From: Nitrosopumilaceae archaeon
GTDB taxonomy: Archaea > Thermoproteota > Nitrososphaeria > Nitrososphaerales > Nitrosopumilaceae
Assembly: GCA_965200155.1 (NCBI GenBank)
Contig: CBDATR010000010.1
Span: forward strand, 224,001-288,000
Length of the DNA stretch: 64,000 bases
Direction: 5' to 3'
Shown here: piece by piece, positions 10,260-20,218 of the stretch
Layout: every line of letters begins with the position of its first letter
How positions within the stretch are numbered: the first letter of the stretch is position 1
The notes under the pieces: generated by a model
Database searches by the model: none
The model's input: only the letters and a program-made list of their open reading frames with translations
What the model was told of the DNA's origin: nothing
Made by a program: the position numbers and the translations under genes

Positions 10260-10564
10260 TCCAAATCAAGGGAAAACGGTACAAGGACTTGTGTGCGGTG
10301 TTTACATCTGAACCACCTAGGCAACACCAAGGCATATCTGACATGGGTTGCTCTCTTCACGGGGTCGCTTTTGTAGCGGCCAAGATATAACCGGCTCCTC
10401 CGGAGATCATCCGCGCTGATGATATTGAACGGTGAAGTTCAGCACAGCAGGACTTTGAATGTCGTGGTTTTTCAGGTCAATAATTTGCCACAATACGGAC
10501 CAGAGAAGTGCTGCAAACTACAAAAATGTATACCTTTTTTAAAAGTGGGTTCGTTCCATATACA

Positions 10565-11065
10565 TTGAATCTCCAGAGCAAGATGACAGTATATGCTGCA
10601 ATAGGCGCAATGCTGGCGCTGATGCTAGGAATTGTTTACTATAGCAGCTTGGATAATCCGTTCTTGGAGCAGGCACAGATTGAGTTACACGATGTTCAGA
10701 TACTAGAGGTGAACGAGATACAGGGCATAGCCACGCTAGAAGTGGCATTCCTGGTGACCAACCCCACAGAACTGACCTTCACCATACCATCCATATCTTA
10801 TGAGCTGTTTGGCGACGGGCAGCCAATGGGTGCCGGTCAGTATTCCACAGAGGATATAGCAATGCCAGGCCGGGCGGCGTTTTATGGTGGCGCATCAATA
10901 CCGCTCAAAAGTACCATGACGGTAAGTCTGTCTAACACAGACCCTACATTATACCAGAATATAGTGAACGAACGGATACAGCAGTATAGCGCCGAGGGAA
11001 TGATTACCGTTGAATCAGCGTGGGCGATTGTGGAGATGGATTTTGAATCATCCATGTCACGATGA
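10565..11065 (+). CDS. Membrane-anchored LEA_2/WHy-like protein
   Basis: N-terminal TM, LVTNP...ISYELF pattern; start uncertain. Confidence 0.65.
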   Translation: MNLQSKMTVYAAIGAMLALMLGIVYYSSLDNPFLEQAQIELHDVQILEVNEIQGIATLEVAFLVTNPTELTFTIPSISYELFGDGQPMGAGQYSTEDIAMPGRAAFYGGASIPLKSTMTVSLSNTDPTLYQNIVNERIQQYSAEGMITVESAWAIVEMDFESSMSR

Positions 11066-11072
11066 TCTTAAA

Positions 11073-11149
11073 TGGTGGGCCGGATGAGATTCGAACTCAC
11101 GACCACCGCCGTGTCGAGGCGGTATCCTAACCAACTAGACGACCGGCCC
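11073..11149 (-). tRNA. tRNA-Val(GAC), CCA encoded
   Basis: Anticodon arm CCGCC-TCGACAC-GGCGG, GAGTTCGAATCTC T-arm. Confidence 0.95.
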
Positions 11150-11180
11150 TTATGGAATAAGGGGGCGATTCATTATTAAC

Positions 11181-11891
11181 GTTGGCGATAACGACTTTAG
11201 TGATAACGAAAAACGCGGATTTTACAAGGCCGTATACTCCAGGCGAGATGTTAGGTCACATTTTATCTCCAAACCCATACCCGAAAGAACACTTGCCAGA
11301 ATACTGCACGCAGCCCACCATGCACCATCGGTAGGATTCTCTCAACCCTGGAGCTTTATACTGATACGTGATACAGATACGCGCAAGAGAATAAAGGAGT
11401 CGTTTGAGGCAGAGAGGGGCAAATCCGAGGATATGGTAACAGAGCCCCGTCGTGCACACTACAAATCGCTGAAATTGGAGGGCATACAGGAGTCGTTTGT
11501 AAACGTCTGTGTTACATATGACCCCACAAGGTTTGGACCCTTTGTTATAGGGCGGACTAGCATACCGGAGACTGGCATATACAGTGTATGTTGCGCCATT
11601 CAGAATTTGTGGCTGGCCGCCCGTACAGAGGGGATAGGTGTGGGATGGGTCAGCATACTCTCCAATGACGTGATAATGGAGTGTCTAAGATTGCCGAAAC
11701 ATGTCACACCGGTAGCATATCTGTGTCTGGGGTACACACAGGGATTTGCCAAGAAGCCGGATCTGGAGACGGCCGGTTGGCTGTCCAGGATGGGCCTAAG
11801 CGAGGTGGTTGCATATGAAATGTGGGAGGGGGATCCCGATTCAAGATGGTCCCCACTACATAACATATTGGACAGTACAGACTACGCTTAA
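11181..11891 (+). CDS. bluB: 5,6-dimethylbenzimidazole synthase (start codon unclear)
   Basis: Frame open upstream of the track ORF: GFYKAVYSRRDVRSHF...AHHAPSVGFSQPW; AIQNLWLAARTEGIGVGWVS. Confidence 0.88.
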   Translation, partial: VGDNDFSDNEKRGFYKAVYSRRDVRSHFISKPIPERTLARILHAAHHAPSVGFSQPWSFILIRDTDTRKRIKESFEAERGKSEDMVTEPRRAHYKSLKLEGIQESFVNVCVTYDPTRFGPFVIGRTSIPETGIYSVCCAIQNLWLAARTEGIGVGWVSILSNDVIMECLRLPKHVTPVAYLCLGYTQGFAKKPDLETAGWLSRMGLSEVVAYEMWEGDPDSRWSPLHNILDSTDYA

Positions 11892-11915
11892 ATTGTTACA
11901 AGATATGACAGAGAT

Positions 11916-12006
11916 GGGCTTGTGGCGCAGAGTCGTTGACGCGTAGCATGGATAGCGCGGTAGCCTCCTAAGTTACAGGTCGTGGGATCGAAGCCCTCCA
12001 AGCCCG
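11916..12006 (+). tRNA. tRNA-Arg(CCT) with ~16-nt D-loop intron (~11931-11946)
   Basis: GGGCTTG/CAAGCCC acceptor, GTAGC-CTCCTAA-GTTAC anticodon arm; removing AGTCGTTGACGCGTAG gives a 75-nt cloverleaf. Confidence 0.85.
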
Positions 12007-12012
12007 CTTATA

Positions 12013-13542
12013 TCACTCAGGATGGGCATAGCCATTATCACTAAGCCAGTGCAGTACCGTAGATATGGCTGTGCAGTTGTCTCTGTTGTACGTCCGGATG
12101 TATTCCAGGCAGTCCTGGCGCATAGTATCTTGCATGTATGTACGGTGCATCAGAACACCCTTGCCCCATTCCGCGTCTGAATCCGTCCATTTGAATCCCA
12201 TCCACTCGGCCACTGATCTAAGTTTGTTTCTGTAAATGGGGAACGCCACCATCGTGGTGGTAATACGATGCAGATCAACCATGGGCATCTCAGGAGATTC
12301 TGCCGTATGATGTCTTCCCATCAGCGCCGACAGGGGTGTTTCACCACCGGAACCCCAATGATAGATTGTATAATCATGCAGTCTTCCCATAAAGTCCAAA
12401 AATTCCTCCAGCATCTCCCCCTCACCTTCCTTATTGCGCATTACAAAAGGGAAGTAATTCTGGGCATTCTCCGTACTAACAAGTGCCCCGATCATGTAGA
12501 CCTCGCCGTTCATACCCTCCTCAACCCGCAAGAATACGGTAGTAGGAGTGTCCGGAACCGGCACTGTGACTCCCGTCCGGACAGCCTCACCTGTCTTGAG
12601 AGCAATGGCATGCGTCCTGCATCGCCTCACAGACTCCGGATCCAGGCCCATATTCAACAGGGAGGCCACATCCATCTCGGATAACTGGCCAACCGTACTT
12701 ATTCCGGCCGACTTTAGTATTAGATTAGTCTCTCTATCCATTCCGCTGATCAGCGAGAGATCATCACACTGTATGGCCATCTTGTCACAATAATTACTCC
12801 AAGGAAAGACACCGTGCCCATAGGTCACCGGCGGCATCTGGCCATCCTTTATGCTTTCTACACCGGAGATTATCTTGTCTATGTCACTTTTGTGGTCTTC
12901 AAACTTGTACGCGCTATCCTCGCCCTGGGCATTGAGCAGGCAGAACTCCTCTGGAACATACCCCTGAATCTCACCCAGCATTGTATTATAGAATGCCGCC
13001 TGCATGACGTGTTTTCTTTTAATTTTTTTGGATGATTTTATCTCCTTTACTACATAGTGGTGCGCTCCCAGGCACGACTCACCATCCCGCCTCTCCAGTA
13101 TGTCCGGACTCCCATGAAATCCGCGTGCAAAAAAGCATAGCTGGGGCTCAAGCAGGCTCTCGACACCCTGACACATAGACTGCACAGTCTTCTCAAAGGC
13201 CAGCACCCTGTTACGGTCACGCTGGGCGGCGCGTTCCTTGTCACTAATCCATCGGCGTGGTCGTTTGGCTTTATGATGATTCTTGGTGTGCCGTCGCTCC
13301 TCAGACTTTTGGGGATAGAGATTCCGCATAAGGCTGTCCTCGTGGCTGTGCCCGTATTGGGTAAATAGTGTCTGGGATGCATCAGGTGGGTCTCTCTCGT
13401 AGCGAGAGACAAAATTCTTGCAATATAATGAGAAAGGGGATTCAACAAACAGGGAGATATCAGAGCCGGATATTCGATGAATCGAGGCCTGACTTATACA
13501 ATTAGTCAGTATGTTGTCGGCGAATATTGATCCTGTTGTCAA
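12013..13542 (-). CDS. TM0106-family RecB-like putative nuclease
   Basis: GSPDILER...VKEIKSS PD-(D/E)xK motif, QAAFY, HhH-like DLSLISGM, C-terminal RNase-H-like region (YNRDN). Confidence 0.8.
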   Translation of the reverse strand: MTTGSIFADNILTNCISQASIHRISGSDISLFVESPFSLYCKNFVSRYERDPPDASQTLFTQYGHSHEDSLMRNLYPQKSEERRHTKNHHKAKRPRRWISDKERAAQRDRNRVLAFEKTVQSMCQGVESLLEPQLCFFARGFHGSPDILERRDGESCLGAHHYVVKEIKSSKKIKRKHVMQAAFYNTMLGEIQGYVPEEFCLLNAQGEDSAYKFEDHKSDIDKIISGVESIKDGQMPPVTYGHGVFPWSNYCDKMAIQCDDLSLISGMDRETNLILKSAGISTVGQLSEMDVASLLNMGLDPESVRRCRTHAIALKTGEAVRTGVTVPVPDTPTTVFLRVEEGMNGEVYMIGALVSTENAQNYFPFVMRNKEGEGEMLEEFLDFMGRLHDYTIYHWGSGGETPLSALMGRHHTAESPEMPMVDLHRITTTMVAFPIYRNKLRSVAEWMGFKWTDSDAEWGKGVLMHRTYMQDTMRQDCLEYIRTYNRDNCTAISTVLHWLSDNGYAHPE

Positions 13543-13685
13543 TGAAAATAGGAAATCTCCCAGATATTTATTGCATCATTGGAACCGGGACCCGTAGCAT
13601 GATGGCACATGGCAGGCATACTGATCAAGTGAGGCAGAAACGCAGACCAGCAGGTTAATATTTTGTCAGGACTGCTACCATCTCA

Positions 13686-14213
13686 TTGAAAGTTGTAGTT
13701 ATATCCGGCAGTCCCAGAAAGAATGGCCTAACCCACATACCCATGAAATACGTGTATGATTATGCAAAGTCAAAGGAACCGGACACCAATCTCATAAATC
13801 TGTCAGGTGATGGTATAGAGTATTATCGTGGATATGGAATAGAGTATAGCGAGGCCACTACTAGGGCGGCACAGCTTTTAACTGATGCAGATGTATGGCT
13901 CGTTGGGACACCCATCTACAACTCATTCTTTAGCGGGGCCCTAAAGAATATCTTTGAGTATGTTAATTACAAGGAGACTGAAGGCAAGGTTGGGGGAATG
14001 GCCATTCTTGCCGCAGGCAACATAGGCTTTATTGATGTCCAAACACTCATGACCCAGCTATTATCCTACTTTCGAGTACTGACCAATCCCAAGGCAGTGT
14101 ACATGACCGTGGGTGATGACATAGTAGAATCAACACTTGGCGAACCGGCCAAGACAAGACTGCGAGAGATGGTAGACGGAACCCTGGGCTTGGCCAAGAG
14201 TACAAGGGCATGA
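13686..14213 (+). CDS. NADPH-dependent FMN reductase
   Basis: VISGSPRKNGLT, GTPIYNSFFSGALKN. Confidence 0.9.
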   Translation: MKVVVISGSPRKNGLTHIPMKYVYDYAKSKEPDTNLINLSGDGIEYYRGYGIEYSEATTRAAQLLTDADVWLVGTPIYNSFFSGALKNIFEYVNYKETEGKVGGMAILAAGNIGFIDVQTLMTQLLSYFRVLTNPKAVYMTVGDDIVESTLGEPAKTRLREMVDGTLGLAKSTRA

Positions 14214-14401
14214 CTGAATCCGAGTCAAAGTGTGACTGCGCGTGTCATTTTGGCGGGGCGCACAGCTGCCCCCGATGCAAAGCCAATCACGGCATGGGTT
14301 GCTGTCACCACTAAGGCCCCCAGACATGAGAATAGTAATTGCAAATCTTGTTTATGCCACTCGCCGATTGTGTTAGATAACAATTTCCGCGCACAAATAG
14401 T

Positions 14402-14493
14402 GTATGAGTTCACCTGTGTCTAAATTTACGCACAACTGATCGCGACAGTTAATGTGATTTGTGCACAAGATTCCGGAAGACGTGAACTCATAC
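14402..14493 (+). mobile_element. MITE-1 (92 bp), TSD CAAATAGT
   Basis: 12-bp TIRs and 8-bp duplication. Confidence 0.97.
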
Positions 14494-14621
14494 CAAATAG
14501 TTGCCATCGTCCGCACGGTATCATGAACGAACTCACACCACCGATCTCAAGACCAGATTAGGCACTAACATGATGGAATTATTCTGTGTAGTGTTTGTGC
14601 AAGATTGTATTTTTTATTTGG

Positions 14622-14867
14622 TCATATAGGGGATGAGCGCTTTACGACATTCTCCGAATGCTCTGCCTTGTGCACGTAGTCTGTACTGGCCTGAGCTAGC
14701 CACAGAACAATTGTCAGAAACCACGATACAGCAACAGCCATCAGGAACAGAAAGTCCAACACGGGAGCAAAGCCGTTAAAGATAGGCCACAGTATGGTAA
14801 GTATTGCCGAGAATACACCGGTTACAAGAGTCGCCAGATGATTCTTGAGATATCCCATGCATAACAT
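14622..14867 (-). CDS. Small 2-TM membrane protein
   Basis: Two hydrophobic helices; AT-rich TATA-like sequence upstream. Confidence 0.65.
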   Translation of the reverse strand: MLCMGYLKNHLATLVTGVFSAILTILWPIFNGFAPVLDFLFLMAVAVSWFLTIVLWLAQASTDYVHKAEHSENVVKRSSPI

Positions 14868-14909
14868 TTGTAAAGAGATTATTTATAATTGGTGCTCTGT
14901 CGACATGAG

Positions 14910-15864
14910 TCAATAGTACGAAAAGTCCGCTTAGGATCCGGCGTACAGTAGCTGACTATTTCATTTCACAAGCCAGATGGTAAAGAGAATAACAGAGGAA
15001 TCAAGACAAAAAGAGGCGTTGCCACAACCAAAATAGCTCAAGACCTGAAACAAGGCACGTACGAAGATTGTGAACCAGAGAACGGGAACGACTCAAGATG
15101 GGCAGGTCATGATACCAATCACCGCCACCCAGATACTAATGGTAACTGAAGCATACAGCAAGGATCCCGCCGGAGTAGTACGTATTGCAAAGAGGCTTAG
15201 ACAGAATTACAATATATTGCGCAGTATATCGCATAATGAAAAAGAACGGTACGGCAGGATCATCACCTGCAAAGTCAGAGTGGGTACGCTACGAGCGTAA
15301 ATATTCCAATGCAATGTGGCACTGGCATGTCATGAAAAGATGAGCGCTTCAAGGGACTGAATCTCATAGATGATGCATCCAGGTGTATAGTCGGGGCGGC
15401 ACTATTTGAGCATGCAACCTCAGAGAACGCCACTCTACTGAGACTGGCAATGAAACGATTCGGCGCCCCTGCATCTCGGATAACGGCGCGTGTTTCGTAG
15501 GACAATAAAGTGGCAAAAAGAACTGGAAACTCACACTATTCGAGGAAGAACTGCTGGATCAAGACATCATACTAATCAATTCCAGGCCATACCACCCGCA
15601 GACAAATGGCAAACTGGAGCGCTTCCATGGAATGATTGAGGACGAGGGGACTCTTATTTAAGAGTCCAACGAGATATGACATCATGACAGTCTCCGGGAT
15701 TATGTGGACTACTACAATGAGAGAAGGTTGCACTTCTCACTGGATAGATAACGGCGAGACACCACTCCAGGAATAAAAAGGCGACCCAGACAATTAGGGC
15801 AAATGATGTAAAATGGATGGAGCGAGATACCAATGACTAGCGGACCGACTTTTCATACATTACA
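14910..15864 (+). mobile_element. IS481-like element with frameshifted transposase (copy 1)
   Basis: IDDASRCIVG and RPYHPQTNGKLERFH integrase-core motifs in shifted frames; closely matches 53841-54868. Confidence 0.85.
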
Positions 15865-15986
15865 CTCTGTCGACATGAGTTCACGGGACTGGTACACATG
15901 ATTTCATGTACTTCCCAACCACGCGTGTGAATTTGAACGCAGATGAATTCATACATTATTATTGTACATGCAAACTGAAAGTAATA

Positions 15987-16463
15987 TTGAACACGGTTGT
16001 GATAGAGACCAATTTTGGAGTTATATCCTTTAATTTATTGCCAGATCTTGCCCCTGAGACGGTCAGAAATTTTGTAAGCCTGGCCAACAAGAAATTCTAC
16101 GACGGCACACTGTTTCACAGGGTGATACCAGGCTTTATGATACAGGGCGGAGATCCAGAGACAAAGACGCCTAATCGCAGAAGGTGGGGGACTGGCGGGC
16201 CCGGTTATTCAATCAAGGCAGAGTTTAACTCTCGTTCTCATCAGAGGGGCATAGTCTCCATGGCTAGAGCCCAAGATCCCGACAGCGCTGGTTCACAATT
16301 CTTTATTGTGGTAGCAGACAGTCCGTTTTTGGACAGAGAATACACGGTGTTTGGCGAGGTCACAAGCGGTATGGATGTGGCGGATCGTATAGTCGAACTG
16401 CCGCGGGACGGCAACGACTGCCCCCTAAAAGATGCCAAAATGCTCAAAGTTACAATAGAATGA
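15987..16463 (+). CDS. Cyclophilin-type peptidyl-prolyl isomerase
   Basis: FYDGTLFHRVIPGFMIQGGDP, SAGSQFFI, YTVFG. Confidence 0.95.
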   Translation: MNTVVIETNFGVISFNLLPDLAPETVRNFVSLANKKFYDGTLFHRVIPGFMIQGGDPETKTPNRRRWGTGGPGYSIKAEFNSRSHQRGIVSMARAQDPDSAGSQFFIVVADSPFLDREYTVFGEVTSGMDVADRIVELPRDGNDCPLKDAKMLKVTIE

Positions 16464-17392
16464 AATTCGTTGTATTTTCACTGATCCTGCTGGTGTCTGT
16501 TCCTGTTGCATGGGCACAGATGAACGCGGCGCCTGTGGCAGATCATGTAGAGATCATGGTAAATATAAACCGGTCTGGCGATGCCCGGGTAGTACATGTT
16601 CTTGAGTCACACTCTCAGGCGCAGCAGATACAGCCCATAGCCGGGGCCATTGAGAATGTTACAGTGCGTGACGAGAGCGGAAGGGACTTGCAGTATGCCA
16701 TGATAACGGACGGGGCCATACTGGTCTTTCCCTCAGACACCGATGTGCGGGTGGAGTATGATATACGGGGCGCATTAAGCAAAAACGGAAACATATGGGG
16801 ATGGGACTTTTTCTACCCCCGCTCGGTACTGTTCTCGTTGCCGCCGGATTTGGCAACCATATATGCCAATGATCGGCCCGTCCACCTAGACGGGGATGAA
16901 CAAATTAGGTGTCACGGATGCCAGATGAGGCTGGAATACACTTTCCAGGAGCCTGTATCACATCACGACGTATGGTGGGAAGAACACCACTTTCTGGTGA
17001 CCATACGCAGTCACGATACCGTAGAGGAGATTGGATTTGCCCAATCCGCCAAGAGTCTTGACTTTGACATTGCCGGAGGCGAGTTTGTCACGGTCGTAAT
17101 ACCCACGGATCTGTTGGGAGGCCCCTACGAAGTGCTGCTAGAGGATGAAAAGGTATGGTTCCACAAGTACAAGTCCAATGATACCCATACATGGATAAAC
17201 TTCAGACCGGAAACTGGGGGATGGGTAACCATAGTGGGCACCACCGTGATACCGGAGTTTCCACTGGCCATTCTGGTAATGGCCGCGGCTGCGCTCCCGC
17301 TACTCGTGATTAGTCAGAACTGGAACCGCAGGCGCAAAAACCATACTCATCTATCCGGGAATCGCAAAGCGGACACTTTGTGGTATAATTGA
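16460..17392 (+). CDS. Exported protein with PEF-CTERM-like sorting signal
   Basis: Signal peptide; GTTVIPEF followed by a TM segment. Confidence 0.75.
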   Translation: MKFVVFSLILLVSVPVAWAQMNAAPVADHVEIMVNINRSGDARVVHVLESHSQAQQIQPIAGAIENVTVRDESGRDLQYAMITDGAILVFPSDTDVRVEYDIRGALSKNGNIWGWDFFYPRSVLFSLPPDLATIYANDRPVHLDGDEQIRCHGCQMRLEYTFQEPVSHHDVWWEEHHFLVTIRSHDTVEEIGFAQSAKSLDFDIAGGEFVTVVIPTDLLGGPYEVLLEDEKVWFHKYKSNDTHTWINFRPETGGWVTIVGTTVIPEFPLAILVMAAAALPLLVISQNWNRRRKNHTHLSGNRKADTLWYN

Positions 17393-17517
17393 TCTCCCAC
17401 GCCTCTTTGCCGTATAGTTTGTAGTGATCATTTATCTCCGGGGGTATGATTGGATCCTCATCCATACACAAGTATTACGGGCAACAATATAATTGCATTA
17501 ACATTTTCCGGTTCATC

Positions 17518-17697
17518 ATGGAGTGTGGCTGCCATTGCATCCGGTGCAAGAGTACGAACCTGGCATCCCACAGGGTATCGGATATAGAGCCGGACGGGTA
17601 CTATGACATGCACCACACATGTAATGATTGTGGCGCACACTTTGATCATCTGGAAGGAGTGATCTTTGAGTCCTGTAAAATATGCAGAGGCCAATGA
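17518..17697 (+). CDS. Small Cys-rich zinc-finger-like protein
   Basis: MECGCHCIRCKS...CNDCG...CKIC. Confidence 0.65.
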   Translation: MECGCHCIRCKSTNLASHRVSDIEPDGYYDMHHTCNDCGAHFDHLEGVIFESCKICRGQ

Positions 17698-17727
17698 GAT
17701 TTATAGACTTTGGAGGTGGCATGGGTT

Positions 17728-18627
17728 ATGCTAATCATATTTGGGACCCTAGTGCTGGATACCATACATACGCCATCCACGGTAAACAAGGAGATACTGG
17801 GCGGCTCATGCTCTTATGCGGCACTGGCCAGTAGCCTGTTCACCAAAACACACCTGGTTGCAGTTGTAGGCAGTGACTTCCCCCAGGCGCACATAGACAC
17901 ACTGGCGCAAAGAATGGACGTAAAGGGTCTCACCATAATGCAGGGAAGGACATTTCGGTATGAGGCAAGATACGAGAATGACTTTGAGTCCAGGGTGGAC
18001 ATGGTAGTAGAACCCAACATTACGGCTGACTTTAAACCTGTACTTACACAAGAATACATGGAATCTGATTACGTCTATCTGGCAAACTCGGATCCGGCGC
18101 AACAGATTGCCCTGCTGGAACAGTTAGGGGATACCAAGATGGTAATGTGTGATACAATAACTCACTGGATAGAGACAAAGAGGAATGATGTAATCAGGCT
18201 TTTGGGCATGGTTGATGCTACAATAATAAACGATGTGGAGGCCAGAGTACTTACGGGAAAGCGCAACCTGTGGGATTGCGCCCATATTATGATGGAATGG
18301 GGCTCGCCCAGCGTTATAATAAAAAAAGCCGAGCACGGATCCATACTATTTCACGAGGAAGAGGCATATTCATTGCCCGCATTTCCCCTGAGCCGTGTGC
18401 TTGATCCGACCGGGGCGGGCGACTCTTTTGCGGGAGCAGTAATGGGATACATGGACTCCACCGGATCTACCGGACCGGAGGGTCTCAGAAAGGCATGCCT
18501 GTACGGGAATGTCCTAGGATCCTTCGTAGTTGAAAAGTATGGAATGGAAGGAATACTTAGTCTGACTCGCGACATGATCAGGGAGCGGGCGCAGGCATAT
18601 AGTGACATGCTGTGCGTCAAGGTGTAG
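17728..18627 (+). CDS. PfkB-family carbohydrate kinase
   Basis: LGGS..., INDVEAR, DPTGAGDSFAG. Confidence 0.92.
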   Translation: MLIIFGTLVLDTIHTPSTVNKEILGGSCSYAALASSLFTKTHLVAVVGSDFPQAHIDTLAQRMDVKGLTIMQGRTFRYEARYENDFESRVDMVVEPNITADFKPVLTQEYMESDYVYLANSDPAQQIALLEQLGDTKMVMCDTITHWIETKRNDVIRLLGMVDATIINDVEARVLTGKRNLWDCAHIMMEWGSPSVIIKKAEHGSILFHEEEAYSLPAFPLSRVLDPTGAGDSFAGAVMGYMDSTGSTGPEGLRKACLYGNVLGSFVVEKYGMEGILSLTRDMIRERAQAYSDMLCVKV

Positions 18628-18773
18628 ATTGTTCCCGCCATCAGTGGTGTACTGGTAAGACACAATTCAGCACAATGGCTGAAAACCGTATGCTGAACCC
18701 GCTGCTGATCATTTTGTTCATGAATACAGGACCGGGAAAAAAGCTTTTACGTACAATGAGATTGACTACGGAC

Positions 18774-19103
18774 ATGGACCGTCTGGATGCCATATTCAAG
18801 ATGCAGAAAGAGTTGGCCGACATGATGAAGCCTGATCGCTATCCCGCAGACAGGGAGAGGCGTGTCTCGGCATTATGCACTGCCATGATTCACGAGGCCG
18901 CGGAGCTCCAGCGTCTTACCAACTGGAAATGGTGGAAGAGTCCTGTGCCATTTGATGAGTCAAAGGCCAGAGAGGAGTTGGCCGACATACTACACTTTGT
19001 AATACAAGCTCACATAGAGATGGGCATGACTCCCGAGGACATATTGAAGGAGTATGCTAGCAAGAACCACATTAATCGGGAGCGTCAGAATAGCGGCTAC
19101 TGA
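18774..19103 (+). CDS. All-alpha (dimeric) dUTPase-family protein
   Basis: EAAEL...WKWWK...EELADILHF...KNHINRERQNSGY. Confidence 0.85.
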   Translation: MDRLDAIFKMQKELADMMKPDRYPADRERRVSALCTAMIHEAAELQRLTNWKWWKSPVPFDESKAREELADILHFVIQAHIEMGMTPEDILKEYASKNHINRERQNSGY

Positions 19104-20188
19104 TCTTGCATAACGCGTGCAATGTACGAGATATCATCGGGGGTCACACCAGGATGGACCGGTAGCGACAACACAGTCTGTGCCGCCCTCTCAGTCTCTG
19201 GAAGTGTAAGTGATGATCGGTACAGTGGCATCAGGTGTATTGGTGTCTTGTAATATATGGCCGCGCCTATATCACATCGATACAGCCTTTCATGCATACT
19301 GTCCCTGTTGTTTAGTGATATGGTATACAGACCCCAATTGGGAGCCTGGCCGTCACCCGGATTAGGTAGTACAAGACCGGTCTCGCGCAATAGTTCAGAG
19401 AGTAACGATGCATTACGGCGACGTACATCAAGAAAATATGGAAGCCTGTCTATCTGTATGGCTCCGATGGCCGCGGATATCTCCGGCATGCGCAAGTTTA
19501 TCCCGAACATGTTAAACTCGTTCCCGGTATTTCCATGATTGCGTATGGCCAGCAGATTATCTCGCAGCTTCTCATTGCCGGTCACCACCACTCCCCCCTC
19601 TCCGGCGGTGGCAACCTTTCCGGGATACATGCTGTAGCAACCCATCTCAGAGAGTGTCCCGGTATGCCTGCCGTTTATGGTGGAACCCAGCGACTGTGCC
19701 GCGTCCTCTATAATTGGGATATCCGGGGCTTCCTGTCGTATGGCCGGAATATCTGCCACATGTCCATATAGGTGCACCGGTATGATGGCAGCAGTATTTC
19801 CAGTAATGGCAGACCTCACACAGGCGGGATTCATGGTATAGTTGTCCCGCACATCTACAAAGACCGGAGCGGCGCCCACAGAGTATACGGCATTAGCGGT
19901 GGCCACATACGAGAAGGATGGTACAAGAACCTCGTCACCGCGTTTTACGCCAAGCGATATCAGGGCAGCCTGAAGCGCCGCGGTTCCGGAACTTACCGAT
20001 ATAGCATAACGGGCCCCGGTAAATTCGCATATCAGACGCTCCAGTCTCTGCACCGCCGGACCCCCCTCCCTGGCGGGGGATGTGAGTACGCCAGACTCTA
20101 TGACTTGTACTGCGGCCTGCCGTTCCCTCTCACCAAGCATAGGCTCGTTGATCTTTATGAACTTCCTGTCCACACACGTTATTCTCAT
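19097..20188 (-). CDS. DegT/DnrJ/EryC1/StrS aminotransferase
   Basis: SSGTAAL, PVHLYG, IEDAAQS, GEGG, LSLPVHP. Confidence 0.92.
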   Translation of the reverse strand: MRITCVDRKFIKINEPMLGERERQAAVQVIESGVLTSPAREGGPAVQRLERLICEFTGARYAISVSSGTAALQAALISLGVKRGDEVLVPSFSYVATANAVYSVGAAPVFVDVRDNYTMNPACVRSAITGNTAAIIPVHLYGHVADIPAIRQEAPDIPIIEDAAQSLGSTINGRHTGTLSEMGCYSMYPGKVATAGEGGVVVTGNEKLRDNLLAIRNHGNTGNEFNMFGINLRMPEISAAIGAIQIDRLPYFLDVRRRNASLLSELLRETGLVLPNPGDGQAPNWGLYTISLNNRDSMHERLYRCDIGAAIYYKTPIHLMPLYRSSLTLPETERAAQTVLSLPVHPGVTPDDISYIARVMQDQ

Positions 20189-20218
20189 GCCAGCTTCTAT
20201 GAACCTTTATAGACAAAC

